From: Paraspadella gotoi
Taxonomy: Eukaryota > Animalia > Chaetognatha
DNA length: 64,000 nucleotides
Direction: 5' to 3'
Assembly: GCA_051294375.1 (NCBI GenBank)
Contig: CM119269.1
Span: 19,505,936-19,569,935 of the forward strand
Below are positions 41,481 to 54,847 of this stretch, piece by piece. The notes under the pieces are model-generated. The model was not told the origin of the DNA. It searched no databases and saw only the letters and a list, made by a program, of their open reading frames with translations. Each line of letters opens with the position of its first letter. The first letter of the stretch is position 1. A program made the position numbers and the translations under genes.

Positions 41481-44124
41481 CCTCTCTCTCTTCTCTCTCT
41501 CTCTCTTCTCTCTCACTCTCCACTTTCTTCTCGCGCGCACGATTTGACCTTTGACCCAAACTCGAGAGAAAAGTCGTTTAAATCGCAGAGACGTTCGTAC
41601 TCATGGCGCGGAATCGAGGAATCGTAGCCTCTCAGGGAATAATCGAATTATTCGTAAACAAGCGCTGGAAACCGAAGCCGCAGATGGTAAGACATCATGG
41701 ATATCGCGTCAAGTTTATGCGCGTAAAATAAGTTAAAATTACAAATATGAATATGACGTACTCTAAACATGATGCCCGCAGAAGACAGCTCTGTGCCTGC
41801 ACAAAACCGTTCATGACAAGGAAAAGCATGACAAAGCTCTATACTGCTGACGAAAACCCAATAACAAAAAAAATGCGGCTTGGAACTCAAATAGCATGAT
41901 ATTTTCATCAACGCTATGAACTTAGTCCTGCCTACGATAGACGGACGGCATCAGCCACGACGATGTCGACGACGAAAAACCGACGGACGACGACGGACGA
42001 AAGCGCGCGTCGGGGAAGGAAAGTGCAGCCATTTCGACTTTTCGTTCAATCGTCGCGCGTTCGTATGCAGATTTTACGCGTTATTCTCCCCCCCCCTTTC
42101 GCCCCCTCTCCCTTCTTGTCCTTTCCTACCTCCCCCCTCTCCCTCTTTCTCTTTCACAAAAACGCCCCGTCGCTCCTGCGGAAGTTCTGTGGCCGACGGC
42201 CCGCCTTTCTTCAANNNNNNNNNNNNNNNNNNNNNNNNNATTTTTTTCTTTCTTTTTTCTTTCTCTTTTTCTTTTCTTTTTTCTTTATTTTTTATTTCTT
42301 CTTCCTTTCTTTCTTTCTTTTCTTTTTTTCTTTTCTTTAATGAAAATCTTTCTTTTTTTCTTTCTTAATTTTTTTTTCTTGTTTTTCATATCTTTCTTCG
42401 TCTTCTTCTTCTCGAGAGGAGAAGAGAGACACAGAAGAGAGAAGAGAGAGAAAGAGGAAGAAGAGAGAGAGTGAGAGAGAGAGACGAGAGAGAGAAAAAT
42501 AGTGAGAGAGAGAGAGGAGAGAGGAAGAAGAGAAGAGAGAGAGAAAGAGAGAGATAGAGAGAAGAGAAGAAATAGAGAAATAGAGAGAGAAGATAGAGAG
42601 AGAGAGGAGAGAGAGAGAGAAAGAGAGGGAGAGAGAGAGAGAAGAGATAGAGAGAACAGAAGAGAAGAAGAGAGAGAGAGAGAGTAAGGAGAGCAGAGAG
42701 AGAGAGATTTCTTACCTTGGGGTCCGATGGCTTTTCATATCCGGTGAGAAGGAAAAGGAAACTTTTTTTCCTCCGAAACCAATTCGATTACGTTCGGACT
42801 ACCGATATCATTTCTCCTGCCCTCACCTCGACGAGAGTTTAGTTCTTTTGGCGGTCGACCTCCTCGTTACGCCAAAAAAAGTCATGGCCTTTTTTGAGGA
42901 AGGAAAAAAATCTACCATGCTGGACAAGGCAATGACTGGCGTGTTGGCAAGGTAATAGAAGGACATTGAGAATCGATACTTATGCGCTTCCACCGAGATT
43001 TGAAGTTATCTGACTTAAAAAGAACATTTCAATGATTACAATTGCTATAAAAATATCGAGGACTGAACGAAGATATATTGAAAAAACCAAAAGATGCAAA
43101 AATAAACAAAAAACACCCAAAACAAATGAAACCTTTCTGCATCGAATCTTCGAGAAAAAAAAATTCGCTTAATTTGATTTTAGGAAATTAAGGTTTAATT
43201 AGCCTTTATTCCCCGGTCCTTCCACGTCGATTTATTGTCATTTAGAAAGATGGGGCAGAGAGATAATTTAAAAAAAATTAGTAGGTACTTCGGAACGAAA
43301 AATGAGGTTTAGGTTTTTTTCTTTATTTTTTAGGAAACCAGAAGAGAGTGAGGAGAGGAGAAAGAGAGAGAGAGAGAGAGAGAGATGAAAGAGAGATGAG
43401 AGAGAGAGGAGAGATTAAAATAAAACTTTAGTAAGTGAGATTTCGATTTTATCCTTTCCTTTAGCCCATCATTAGCTTTATTCGATTTCTAAGTAACACT
43501 GCGTCGGTGATTGTTCACAAGGATATTCAAAGAGAATTTAATTCGCAATCTTAATCGTCGCTTTTCATTCATTCTCACATAAAATCACTGGAAAAGTGAA
43601 ATCACGTATTAAAATCTTGCGAATGAATTCGTTCCGGACTTTAAAACGTCATCTCTCCGACCGAGGCGTAAAATCCATCACTTCGTCAACCATCTTTTTT
43701 TTTTTTTTTTCTCGAAAAGGAGTTTTTCACATTCTCCAAGAAGTAAGGGGAAAAAATTCCGGGGAATAAGAAAATCGGTTGCGAAAAAACTGGAAAATTC
43801 TATGTATTATTTTTTTTTTTTAGATTTTCATTTACCGATGACGACCTAGAACCTAGAAACTCAAAATAACTTTTTTCAAACCTAATCATCATTGTAATGG
43901 CTGAATAAATCAATTAAACTACTTAGTTACGTCTAGCGGTGGCCGTGTGCGGAAATCGAGTTCATTGTGTCTGAGGTTTTGATTTTATCCGATTTTTTAT
44001 TTTCATTCATTTTTACAAAATTTTCGTATTTTTTTTTTTTATTCGAAAGAGCGAACATTCTTACATCGAGCTATTGAAGGGGAAAAACCAAGGAAAGGAT
44101 GAAAGCAAAAAACGAATATAAAAA

Positions 44125-44490
44125 AAAGGAAAGGAAAGGGAAAGGAAAAGGAAAGAAAGGAAAGACGGAGAATAGGAAAGGAGGGAAAGAAATGAAAGAA
44201 AGGAGAGGAAAGGAGAGGAAGGGAAAGGGAAAGGAAAGGAAAAGTAACAGGAAAGGAAAGGAAAGGAAGGAAAGGCAAGGGAAGGTCGATTAAAGAAAAG
44301 GAAAGGAAAGGAAAGGAAGAAAGGAAAGGAAAGGAAAGGAAAGAAGAAAGAAAGGAAAGGGAAGTCGATTAAAGGAAGGAAAGGAAAGCGAGAGGAAAGA
44401 AGGAAGAAGAGGAAAGCGAAGGAGAGGAAAGGAAAGGAAAAAGAAGAAAGGAAAAGGAAAGGAGAGTAAATCAAAGGAAGGAAAGAAAAA
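44125..44490. repeat. (GGAAA)n degenerate pentamer tract
   Basis: Long AAAGG/GGAAA array interrupted by repeated GTCGAT motifs. Confidence 0.85.
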
Positions 44491-47153
44491 GAAAGCGAAG
44501 GTCGATGAACAATCCAAGAGATTCCCGAGATGAGAAACGCGCGGTTAAGAGAGATAATGATGGAAGCCCACGATTCCGTCGAACTGGTAATGGAGGGAAA
44601 AGGCAAAATTTATTTTCGCTTTAAAAATCCGACCAAGCTTTGCGAATCGACTTAATTATGCTAGATGTATAAGAAGACCCTTAAAAATTTCGTATTTTGT
44701 AAGACCCGCCTGGAACGCGCCAAGCTTCATAAGTGAGAGAAAGAGACTTGGAAATTACGAGTAAGATTTTTGATACGTATTACTATGATACATTAAAGTT
44801 TTGAAAAAATCGGGCCGTCACAGTTTTTCCTTACAAAAAAATATAATTTGTAAAAACTTTTCTCACCTTGACTTTAGAGTGAACCAGAACGATAGACAGA
44901 AAAGATTACGGTTCGCCGAGCTTTCTCTCTTTCATCCCTTTCACTTCTGACCCATATTTTCATGACCATATTGTGCCAGTGATCCGTGACAGATTTGGAG
45001 GAAAGGTCAGATCAAGAAGACCAAGCAAGAAGCCGCGCGCATGCGCGGACATGGCCCCTAAGCGGAGGCCCGAGGAAATGAAGACAGAAAAAAAAGAAAG
45101 ACGAGGGCAACAAGAAAAAGAAGAAAGAAATCGAAAAAAAAGGACATAAAAATCACATAACATATACATAAGTCAGTCTTCCCTCATTACCGAGACGAAT
45201 AATATTGACAACATCGACGCCCTACACTCGGTACTCTCTGACTCGCAATCATCACGCTCACAGTGTACAGCACTTTGCTCTCGGTAACGCAAATTCCAGT
45301 ATTAGTATCCCAACTAGCATATTTATAGAGTGCCCTTCTTTACTTTTTTTTCAAAGAAAACACGAATGCGAGGATTTCACCTTTCACGATTAAAAATAAC
45401 AGGGCGACGTAACCATATTAAAACAAGCCGATGAGTAATACGCACCCAACGCGATACGAAGAGGGAATAACGGAAGCACTTTGAGCATAAAATCTACCGT
45501 TTATTCTCAATGATGATGAAGACGACGACGACGAAGCGACGCCAAACCGACGAAGGACGCGACGCAACGTTACGGACTACGACGACGACCAGCGATGGCT
45601 CAAGTGCATGAAAATCCGCTCGCGCGCAGGGATATCAATGGTGCCAACCGAAACGAAACAGAGAAACCGTCGAAGATGTAGGAAGCTCTTACAACGACGA
45701 CTTGACGACGACCGTACACCACCACCGCGTGAGATACGGTGACGAGTCCACTCGCTGGTCAACGATGCTGGCCTCATGAGCATCCGCCTCCACAGTACTT
45801 CCTCCATAACAACGGCGGCTCGGTCTACCGCGCGTTCGCGCCCGACCTTCCAAAATCCAGCCCTCCCCCCTCCCGCCCCTTTCTCGTATCTTCGCTGTAC
45901 ATCTTCAATCTGGCCGACACTTCGCACACTTAGAGGGGGGGGCCTACCAGAGCGGGGCCTCGTGCCGCCAAGGGAGGTGACCGACCTTCGCCACATGAGA
46001 GCTCGTTCGGATCCACCATTACGAACGGAACGATGGACAAACGAACGAAACAGATCCGACGACGCGACCTAAAACACAACATCCGCCACGACCGAAAGAC
46101 CGATAACAAAGGATAACGACACACACACGGACAACACGACCTTACTCACTCTTTCAGTATCCCTTCCGGCGCCGCCGCCTTCAGATCTCCGCCACCAACC
46201 CGACTTTCTCCGCCTCCCGTTTCCGCCGCCCACCTCCGCTCCAGTTCTCCGCCCGCCGCCTCCAACCCCCTCTCGCCGACAACCTTGCCCACCGCAGCCC
46301 TCCTCGACAGCTAGAGCGTTCACCATGGCGACGATACGCTGACGCAAAGGCACGAGGAGAAGGATGGCGGAGAACGACGAGTGAGACGGTTGCCTAGATC
46401 CGTTGAAGCAAGGCGGCGGATTCTTGGAAGGGTGGGAGCCACGCGAGCAGCCACGCTCGGGAACTCGTGTGCCGCAGCAGGCGCAGGGCGGGAACCCCAT
46501 CGCGGCTCGCCGAGAACATGGCCCGGCTGGGATGGTGGAAGGAACGAAAACAGCGGGCAATCGGGGCGGAGACAAAAAACAGGAAGGAGAAAAAAACAAG
46601 GGAAGGAACAGGGAAGAAGAAATTGTGACATCGTTTCATCGTTATCTGTTTGTACTCAATTCCTCTGCGACGAAGTCGCGTTCGCCACACGCTCAACAAC
46701 ATCCATTACTTACAAGAATTACAGTTATTATAAACCATAGTTCTTACAATGTAGACTAAGAGCAACGAATTATTTTAATAATCAGGACGGTAAACCATTT
46801 TAAATCTCGTTCGTATCTCCACACATTGCCTAAGACTTATCTCGATCAAGCTCCCGAACCACGAGTCTCACAGCGAGAACGTTCCTCTCACCCCTTCTTC
46901 CCCACCACCAGCCTCCGTCTCATTTCTCCCTCATCGTCCTCCTCCGCCCCGTACCAGCAGCACCCCCAGTGCACCAAGTCCTTCCCGCTTCCCATCCCTT
47001 CCCCAAACAAAAAAAAAAAAAAAAAAGAAGAAAAGAAATTGAAAAGAGGGACCCCGAACAGAAAACAACCAACCAAACAACCCCAGCTACACACCTAGCT
47101 CCAGAGTGCCAAGGCGGCAGGGCCCCGCATTCTCTCTCTCTCTCCTCTCTCTC

Positions 47154-47186
<33 letters not shown>

Positions 47187-47487
47187 CTTCTCTCTCCTCT
47201 TTCTCTCTCTCCTTCCGCAGATTTCTACTGAACCTCGGTGACACTTCAAATGACGCCCTAACTGCATTATGCAAATGCACGATTGCCAAGAACTGAAGAC
47301 ACACCCCCTCCTCTCGCCCGGCGGCCACATCGCGTTGGAGCCCGATGATAAAGAATTCGAAAATTTCTCGGCGAGAAGTTGAAAGCGGAGAGGAAAAAAA
47401 AATCTCTTTCCCACGGAACACATTAAAAACCTACATGAAGATTTTATTCGCGAATCGAAGAGATTGCGTGAGAACGTAACGAACGAC

Positions 47488-47541
<54 letters not shown>

Positions 47542-48298
47542 GAGGAGCGAGGAGGGTTAGGTGAGGGGAATTCGTTGACCAAGAAGATGGACAAGCTGTG
47601 ACCAATAACGAGAAGTAGAGGGAAAACATTTTCATTAGTTACACACTCTCCACCCACCCTCAATCCCTGCCAAACGCCGCCGTCATCTGCCTCGACCCCC
47701 CCCCACCCACCCTCCCCAAACCCACCCCCCAGGCTGGCCCCCAGCGCGCGCTCCCCCCCCAACCACACCCGGTCTGCTTTTCCACCCACCGACCCCGCCC
47801 TCCTCCTCAGCCCCCACGACAGAACCACAGAGGGCCTTCCACCAGCCGATCAGGCACCGAACACCAAGTTCAACGCAGCCCTAACCTCACCTAGGCCCCT
47901 GGATCCCTCTGCGCCCTTCGCTTCTTCAGGGACACCCGCATAAGTAGTGGTCAGAGAGGAACAGAACTAAGTACTCAGCTCAAAGATTTTACACTTGAAT
48001 CCTTTACATTTTTGACAAAACAACCGTGATTAAAAATCGTCAGGTTCTCCAGAATTTTTTTTCTCTCTCTCCTTTTCATCGCCCACTCTCTCTCTCTCTC
48101 TCTTTCTCTCTTTCTCTACTCTCTCCTCTCTCTCTCCCATCGTTCATCCCATGGTCCCTCCCCTTTTTTCCTTATCTTAATACGCATCTTGATTCTCTCG
48201 GCGCCCGTCCTACCTTTAATAATCTTTTTCCAATACCGCGCGAAAAAAAGGTTAACTATTCCAACTCTAGTCTTAGTACTCCGAGTGAGAACGCCAGC

Positions 48299-48610
48299 GT
48301 GGATCTAAGGCGCGCCCGACCCGCTCCTCTAAGTGGGGCGCCTGAAGCCCAATGACTATCCCGCCACTCCTCACTCCTTAACCTCCCCGGCCGGCGGAAC
48401 CACGCAGCGCGGGAAGGGTTTTTTCCACGCTCCCAAGGGCCTGCGCCTTTATACGCGTTGACGCTTCCCGACAGGATAGGGGCAAAGTTGGTTGGGCTAA
48501 ACCCCCGGATACCCAAGCGTTCATGTAATAACTGGCTGTTTTTTCAATGAGCCAGCGGGCATTATTTCCATGCGGCGCGGGAACATCCTGGGCAAGCAAT
48601 GCCCCGGCTC
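48299..48610 (-). mobile_element. Degenerate copy of the SINE-like element at 4400-4693
   Basis: The reverse complement shares collinear blocks GGGCATTGC, CCCG-TGGCTCATTGA, CATGA, CGGGAAG, CCTTGGG-GCGTGG-AAACCCT, TGGTTCC, GGATAGTCAT, CCCACTTAG and GCGCCTTA-TCCAC. The ribozyme core is disrupted. Confidence 0.65.
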
Positions 48611-51600
48611 TGTAAAGTTACTCGCAGCAATTCTCAAACGCTCTTCCCATACGAGAATGATGGTTTTCGCTATTCTTAAATACCCAAGTTCTTCTGGATT
48701 CCCCGACATTTCCGAGTCGGCCAAAGGAATTCGTTCGTTTCTGATTTTACCAGGACGAGAGAAAACAAAAGTGTGCGACAGTATAAACATCTCTGTCGCC
48801 TCCCACTTTTCTTTTTATTGGTGAAAAACAAAAGCAAACGGCCTAACATTCTACATACGAGAGCAGAATATGGGGGACGACCAAAAAAAACGGTCGTTTT
48901 CTGGCGGCAGAAAGCGGATATCTCCGAGAAGGCAAAATGACAAAAGAAAAAAATATCTTACGGGATTTCTAATCGTACTTTTTGGATTTTAACTGCAACA
49001 GAAACATTTTATATTTTTCATTCTCATCGTAACAAGAACTAGTTTTATTTCTCCTTCCGTTAGCGACTCAAGAACAATCCCCTCCTCCTGATTTCGATCC
49101 TTACGAAACTAAAACCTCTTCTCTTTAGCATCCGTTTAAATATCGAACAATACTTAGCTTATTCTTTTCAGAAATCTCGCCATAAACAATAAAAAAACGA
49201 ATAATAAAGTAGCATCTAGAATTCAAATAACCAAATAAGCTTGGACCAAATCTCCCGAGAAACCCAACCTCACATTAACACAAAAAAAACCGGGTACGAA
49301 AAATTTAACGCACAAACCATCAAAAATAGTTTTCTCGTCTGTTCTTCCTATTTCATATTTATTAACCATTTATTCAAATCGCAAAAGTGAACCTGGAGCG
49401 CTTCTTTCTCGACTTCACGGGCAAAGTCACCTTTATCTCAATTTGGCTGAACCAAAAACAAACGAGAAGAACAATGCCCCGAGACTCAAAACACCATTTT
49501 CTATCACAAAATGGAAAACAACAAACAACAAAAAAAAAAAAAACCACAAAAAACCAACAAAAATTATCACTTATTCCGTTTCGGATTCTTTATAAAAGAC
49601 ATAATTATCAATGACATTTTATTCACAATTTTTTTGTTATTTTGTAATATATACTTTTATCGAATGTTTCATGAATGAGAAAAGGCGATATTCTGGACAA
49701 GCTGGACGCCTGAAAAGATTTTTAATTATAAATTTTGAAAACATCCTCGATGCCCTCACCCGTCGTCTTTTTACCTCTCTTTTTCCGAATCATGCTGATG
49801 CTGCTGAGTCATTTTCTCTGAATCACCTCAGTCATTCGAATCGCCGCACTGTGGCACAGCCCTGAAAAATGTTCCACTCAAACAACTGTTCTTCTAAAAT
49901 CAATTGAATATCGTTTAAAATATTAAGATGATCCGGGACCAACTCTTTCCACAGCTTTCCCCCTTCCCAAAAAAACCCTCCCAATTCCCCCCTTTTGGAT
50001 ACCCCCTTAACCGATAGTGAATGATGATGCAGAGCGATCCCCCATTCCGCCACCATTGAACTCCGGAAATCAGTAGACCCAATTAGTGCGGCCAGACTAT
50101 TCCGAAGGCGCAGCGCTGTTTCCATCAAATTCCTGATCGGACGAATATTTGGGCAGAGAAGAAAAAAAACAAGAGAAGCAAGAACGTTTCTATCTAACCG
50201 TATTGACGGTTTGTATTTATCTCGGACCAAAAGTCAAAATCTCGCTCATTGGAAACGGTGAATTGAGAAAATTATTAACGCTAATACACTCATTTTAAGC
50301 CTTAAAATAAAGATAAAAGCCTTTTCAAATAATTCTACTTATAAAATAGAATATAATCTATTTCTTTACTTTCTTTCGATTTTTTCGCATAATAACAAAA
50401 AAAAAAAACCAAAAAAAAACAAACAAAAAAAAACAACAAAACAAAAAACGAAAAAAATATTCGAAATCCGTTTCTTTCTTTTAGAGATTTCTGTAAGCAG
50501 TGTCACTTGGTCATTCCACTCTTAAATATGCGCTCTTCTTGTCAGTTGAATCGAAATCTTTTCGAGAGACCGTCATTCAATTTTAAAAATATAAATCTAT
50601 CTTGGTAGGGCTTTTCAAATTTATTTAATATTGGGAAAAATAGATCAGAATTATACTATTATTTCGGTGATATTATTCAATATTCCGCTCTTCTTTTATT
50701 TCCTCATTCTTTTTTCCTTCATTCTATTTATTTCCTCTTCTTCCTTTTTATCATTTATTCTCTCTTTTTTTATCTCACTCTCTTTTGTCTCTCACTCATC
50801 CAGCTTTCCTCTCTATTTTCAATTTCGTCTTCATAAATATTAGAGACCCCTTTTTCAAAAACACACAAAGGCCAATAAACAAAATGGTTTCTCTACTTCT
50901 CTCTCTCTCTGCCGAACCGCTCTTCTCTTCTCTCTCTCCTTCACGTTTCATTTACACAAGTAATTGGGAGGTTTCTTTTGTTTCGATTGTGGTTCTCCCG
51001 CTTCTCCATCCCCAGATTCCCCGCCCCCCACACCTTTCTCCCTCACCCCCCCACAACCCCCCACTGCCATTCCGGTCCTACCCCACCCCTCAACACACCC
51101 TTCGCAGCCCCCCCCCTCACAGAGTCTTCCATTCCGGGTTACCGACGGAGAGATAGAACGAATTTTTTTCATTCCTATTTTTTTCTCCTTCTTATATTTC
51201 TCTTTCCTCTCCTCATTCTCCCCCCCACCCCTCCCTTCGGGACTTCGAAATCGAGGTCTGCCCCATATCTCCTGACAACCCCAGCTACCATCGGCCCGGC
51301 CCACGTGCACCGGGTACGCGGGAGAGACGAAAACGCATGACCTGAGGCCTTGTCTCCAACTCTTCGATCTGGCGATGGCACTTTTCCCACACACTGTCAA
51401 GTTCGAAACCAGTCGCCTTCTCCCTCGGAACAACACCCGCATGCACCACCTCTTCTTTTTTTTTTTTCCATCCTCTATCCTACTCTTTTTATTGGCGCCG
51501 GCGAGTACTCGCGGGCCACAGAACCTCCCTGAAAGTTTCTTTTTTGGTCGGATCTGGCTCGTTCAGTCGTGGATCGGGGCGGCAGGTCTGCTCCGCTGCC

Positions 51601-52377
51601 ACTACTCCGTTAAAACAACATGCTTCGTCACTCTCCGTATAACTTGGGCTCAATTCTTTTATAAGACAGGAAAACACATCTCACAAATAAGTGTCTGCGC
51701 AGCCGCCGCCTTCCACGAACACTCCTAATTAAAGAACTAACAAGATTAGAATTCCGATGCAGTGGCCGCTGTTCATACAATATCACGAGCTAAGACAAGA
51801 CCACTGAGGCGCACACACATCGCGCCGATGCTCAACCCCCGCATAGTTGTTCTTTTCTTTCGTCCCTCCAACCCCCCTCTCTCTTTATTTTTCTTTCTTC
51901 ATTTCTTCCTTTGCTTTTAAATCGGAAAACAGTCAACGCATCCTCACACTCTCTTTCAGTTACAGCATCTACCTCCCTCCTCTTCTCTTCCCCCTCACCC
52001 ATGTACGTCAGTTCCCGCATTCATTTCTTGTCATGTCCTATTTATTTTCCACTCTCCGCCCCGTACCGGCAACCACAACTTTTTTCTTTTGCTGTTTCCC
52101 ACTTCAATATTTCGTTCTTTTTTTTCCTTACGGGCTGTCACACGTTATTACCACTCTCCTTACTACCTCATATTTGCTTAGCACATATACTCTAGTTTTC
52201 ATCGACCTATACTCACTTCATCTTCTTACACCCAGCTTTTTCTAAAAGGAACTCAAATTCTAACTCTGGGTAAGTTGCCCGATCTTAACTTTCCCTCACA
52301 TCTCCTTCCACACCACGCAAGCTTTTTTTTCTACTCCTGAGATCAACAATCTTCTACCCAAAACTCGTCATACTTTC

Positions 52378-52515
52378 AGGCCTCACTAACCCTTCAGTTC
52401 TCCTTCAGCCTCACCCCTCGTATCTCCTCAGCCTCACTCTCGTCTCCTCCTTCAGCCCTCACCCCCTCCGTTCTCCTTCAGCCTCACCCCTCGTTCTCCT
52501 TTTCAGCCTTCACTT
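52378..52515. repeat. Pyrimidine-rich minisatellite, about 23-bp unit
   Basis: About 5-6 degenerate copies of TTCTCCTTCAGCCTCACCCCTCG. Confidence 0.75.
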
Positions 52516-54002
52516 TGAGCTTGAGCTTTTCGTATTCCCTCATACGCACCCTCACTTTCCCCGCTTTTCGATTTGAACCCAAATTTCGTCGTCCGTACTC
52601 GGAATCTGTTGTCTGTTAGATCGTAGCACGACATTTCGACTTCGCTCACTTGTCCGCCGCAGCCGCCGCCCTTTAGTGCGTGACCCTTTCGGGCCGCACC
52701 CAGGAACTCTTTCTCTTTGTTTTTGACGGCGATTTTCAGCATCGCGTTGTTTCCATTTTGTGTTTTTAAAAATTTTTTTTTTATAGGCCAGAATGAACAG
52801 AGACTCGTTGTCTTTCTGTTTGATTTTATACGAGGACTCAGTTCCTATCGTTCGCGGTTTCTCACGTCGTGCCGCCATGGACGCGCGGTGAAAAGGCGCG
52901 AGCGGGGCGTGAAAATGAGGGGCGACGGGGGGGGGGGGCGGAGCTGAACGGATCTTCTTCCCTGGTCACCCAAAAAAACTGCCATTCCTGATGAATGGCA
53001 AACTTTGCCACTCCCGCCGTCGATCGTTGCCACTCGCGCCGTTAAACGTTGGCCTTTTGGGAAGAAACTTGGAAAGGATTGGCAGAGAGGAACTCAGCGT
53101 AAAAACGGTTTTTTAAATGAGGTGGGGAAAATAGATTTATTTTGCGCTGAGCTCAGGTATAAGACATACCGAAAGTCGGTGTACGTGTGTTTCAAAACTG
53201 TAACTATATAGATACAGTATAATAATAGAATTAAAAAAAAAAATCACTGAATTAAAATTAGCAAGTCAAAGTCACATCGACATCCCATCACACATCTTTT
53301 TTTAAACAGTGAAACATGACACTGCGCGCGCGCGTGTTCTTTTTTGTCTTTGTGTGTGAACGTGTGTGTGAGTGATAAGCGACGTCGATTTTCATTCACA
53401 CAAAAAAAACCGCAAATCTGTTCTTTTGTCTCAATGATTGCGGTCGATCGACGTCGTTGTTGTTCTTACAGTCGTCGTCGTCGTCGTCGTCGTCGTCTTC
53501 GTCGTCGTCGTCTTGCTTCGTTCGTTCTTTCGACTCAAATCCCGAAATGAAAACAACCAAAGTCACTGGAACATGACGGAGGCGAACAATAGAGAAAGAG
53601 GAAGAGGAGGAAGGGGAAGAGAGGAAGTGGGTAAAGAAGAATGAGAAAAGAGGATGAGGAAGAGGAAAAGGCGGAGGAGTAACAATATTCAAAAGATGAC
53701 CGAATAACGAATAACCGTAATTGCTGTTTTGGGGGAGAAAGAGAAAAAAAAAGGGGGGGAGGAGCGATTAGACAAAATGGGGGAGTTTCGAGAAAAGAAA
53801 GGAGGTTAGGAAAATAGGGAGGGGAGAAAATATATCAAGATAGGAAGGGAGATAAATAAAGTCGGGAGAAGGGTAGGAAAAGGGTAGGGAGAGAAGGGAT
53901 TAAAGGGAGGTATGAGGAAGAGACGGAGGGAGAGGAACAAATGGGAATAGATGGGCTATTTCGAGATGAAAATCTCGTCCGACGACGACGACGACGACGA
54001 CT

Positions 54003-54039
<37 letters not shown>

Positions 54040-54603
54040 ATAAATTTGCCGGAAATGATTCGACCTTTTCCAGCTTTAAAAAAAAAACTCTTTTGTTAGA
54101 ATTAGTCACACGTAGATTTTATCTCCTTTTATTTTTTTTTCTTTTTGTCGGGTCACGATTTCACATTTGTCTGCGACGATTTTCATCTCTACATCTTTTA
54201 TCATTCCGTGACGAATTCGTTTCCATTCACGTTTTCTCGTTCGATTGGCTGATAAAAGATGATTCGTATCATTGATTGGCTCATGTGAAATATTTCTTTT
54301 TTCTCTTTTGGCTGTTTCATTACGTCATCGTTGGTCGTTTGATTGCCAGATGCGAAATCATTCTTCTCGTCATTTTTTTAAGTTCGATTGGTTGGTGCGA
54401 ATTTATTATTTTCATAATATAGTAATAATACATTAATTGTTATACCTTTTAAAAGTCCTCTCCTCTCTGTCCAAAAGGACGCATGACCGCCACTCAAAAG
54501 TAGGCCAGGCGAGCGCTCTTTGAAAGGGCGCCCTAATTCCGTCTAAAAGGCCACCCAACCACGATCTCAAAGGCCATACAACAAAGGTCACCAAGAATCT
54601 CAC

Positions 54604-54847
54604 CTGCGGAGGCGACGGAGGCGACGAAAATAAGGAAGACGATCCAATTCCAAAGAGGAAGTTGACTTCGACTGCAATTCGTCGTCGTCGCTTTATGCAC
54701 GCCCTGACTGTGGTTGAAAAAACTCGGAAGTAAATCTTTACGGGCTGACTGAATCAATGTTTTTCGTCTGGCCGCAGCCGACGTGCGGACGTCTGGCCAT
54801 TTGCTTGACACGTGGATGCCAGTTGGCGTTGAGTCTTCGCTTGGCAT
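54604..54847 (-). CDS. Eph: Eph receptor, putative first coding exon (long n-region plus signal peptide)
   Basis: ATG at 54847 reads MPSEDS...SQLPLWNWIVFLIFVASVASA, a hydrophobic stretch ending in a small-residue cleavage-type motif. It is followed by a G|GTGAG donor in phase 1, matching the phase-1 acceptor of the exon at 28847. Confidence 0.65.

Noticed and set aside
42716-42830. Strong minus-strand donor AAG|GTAAG that could end an alternative first exon
   Set aside because: The nearby open frames end in phase 0 or 2 rather than the phase 1 required, and no signal peptide is evident. It cannot be supported without RNA data.
45000-53000. GC-rich ORF-containing stretch in intron 1 suggesting a nested gene or retroelement
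   Set aside because: No recognisable RT, transposase or other domain. Apart from the degenerate SINE copy, the sequence looks like low-accuracy long-read fill.
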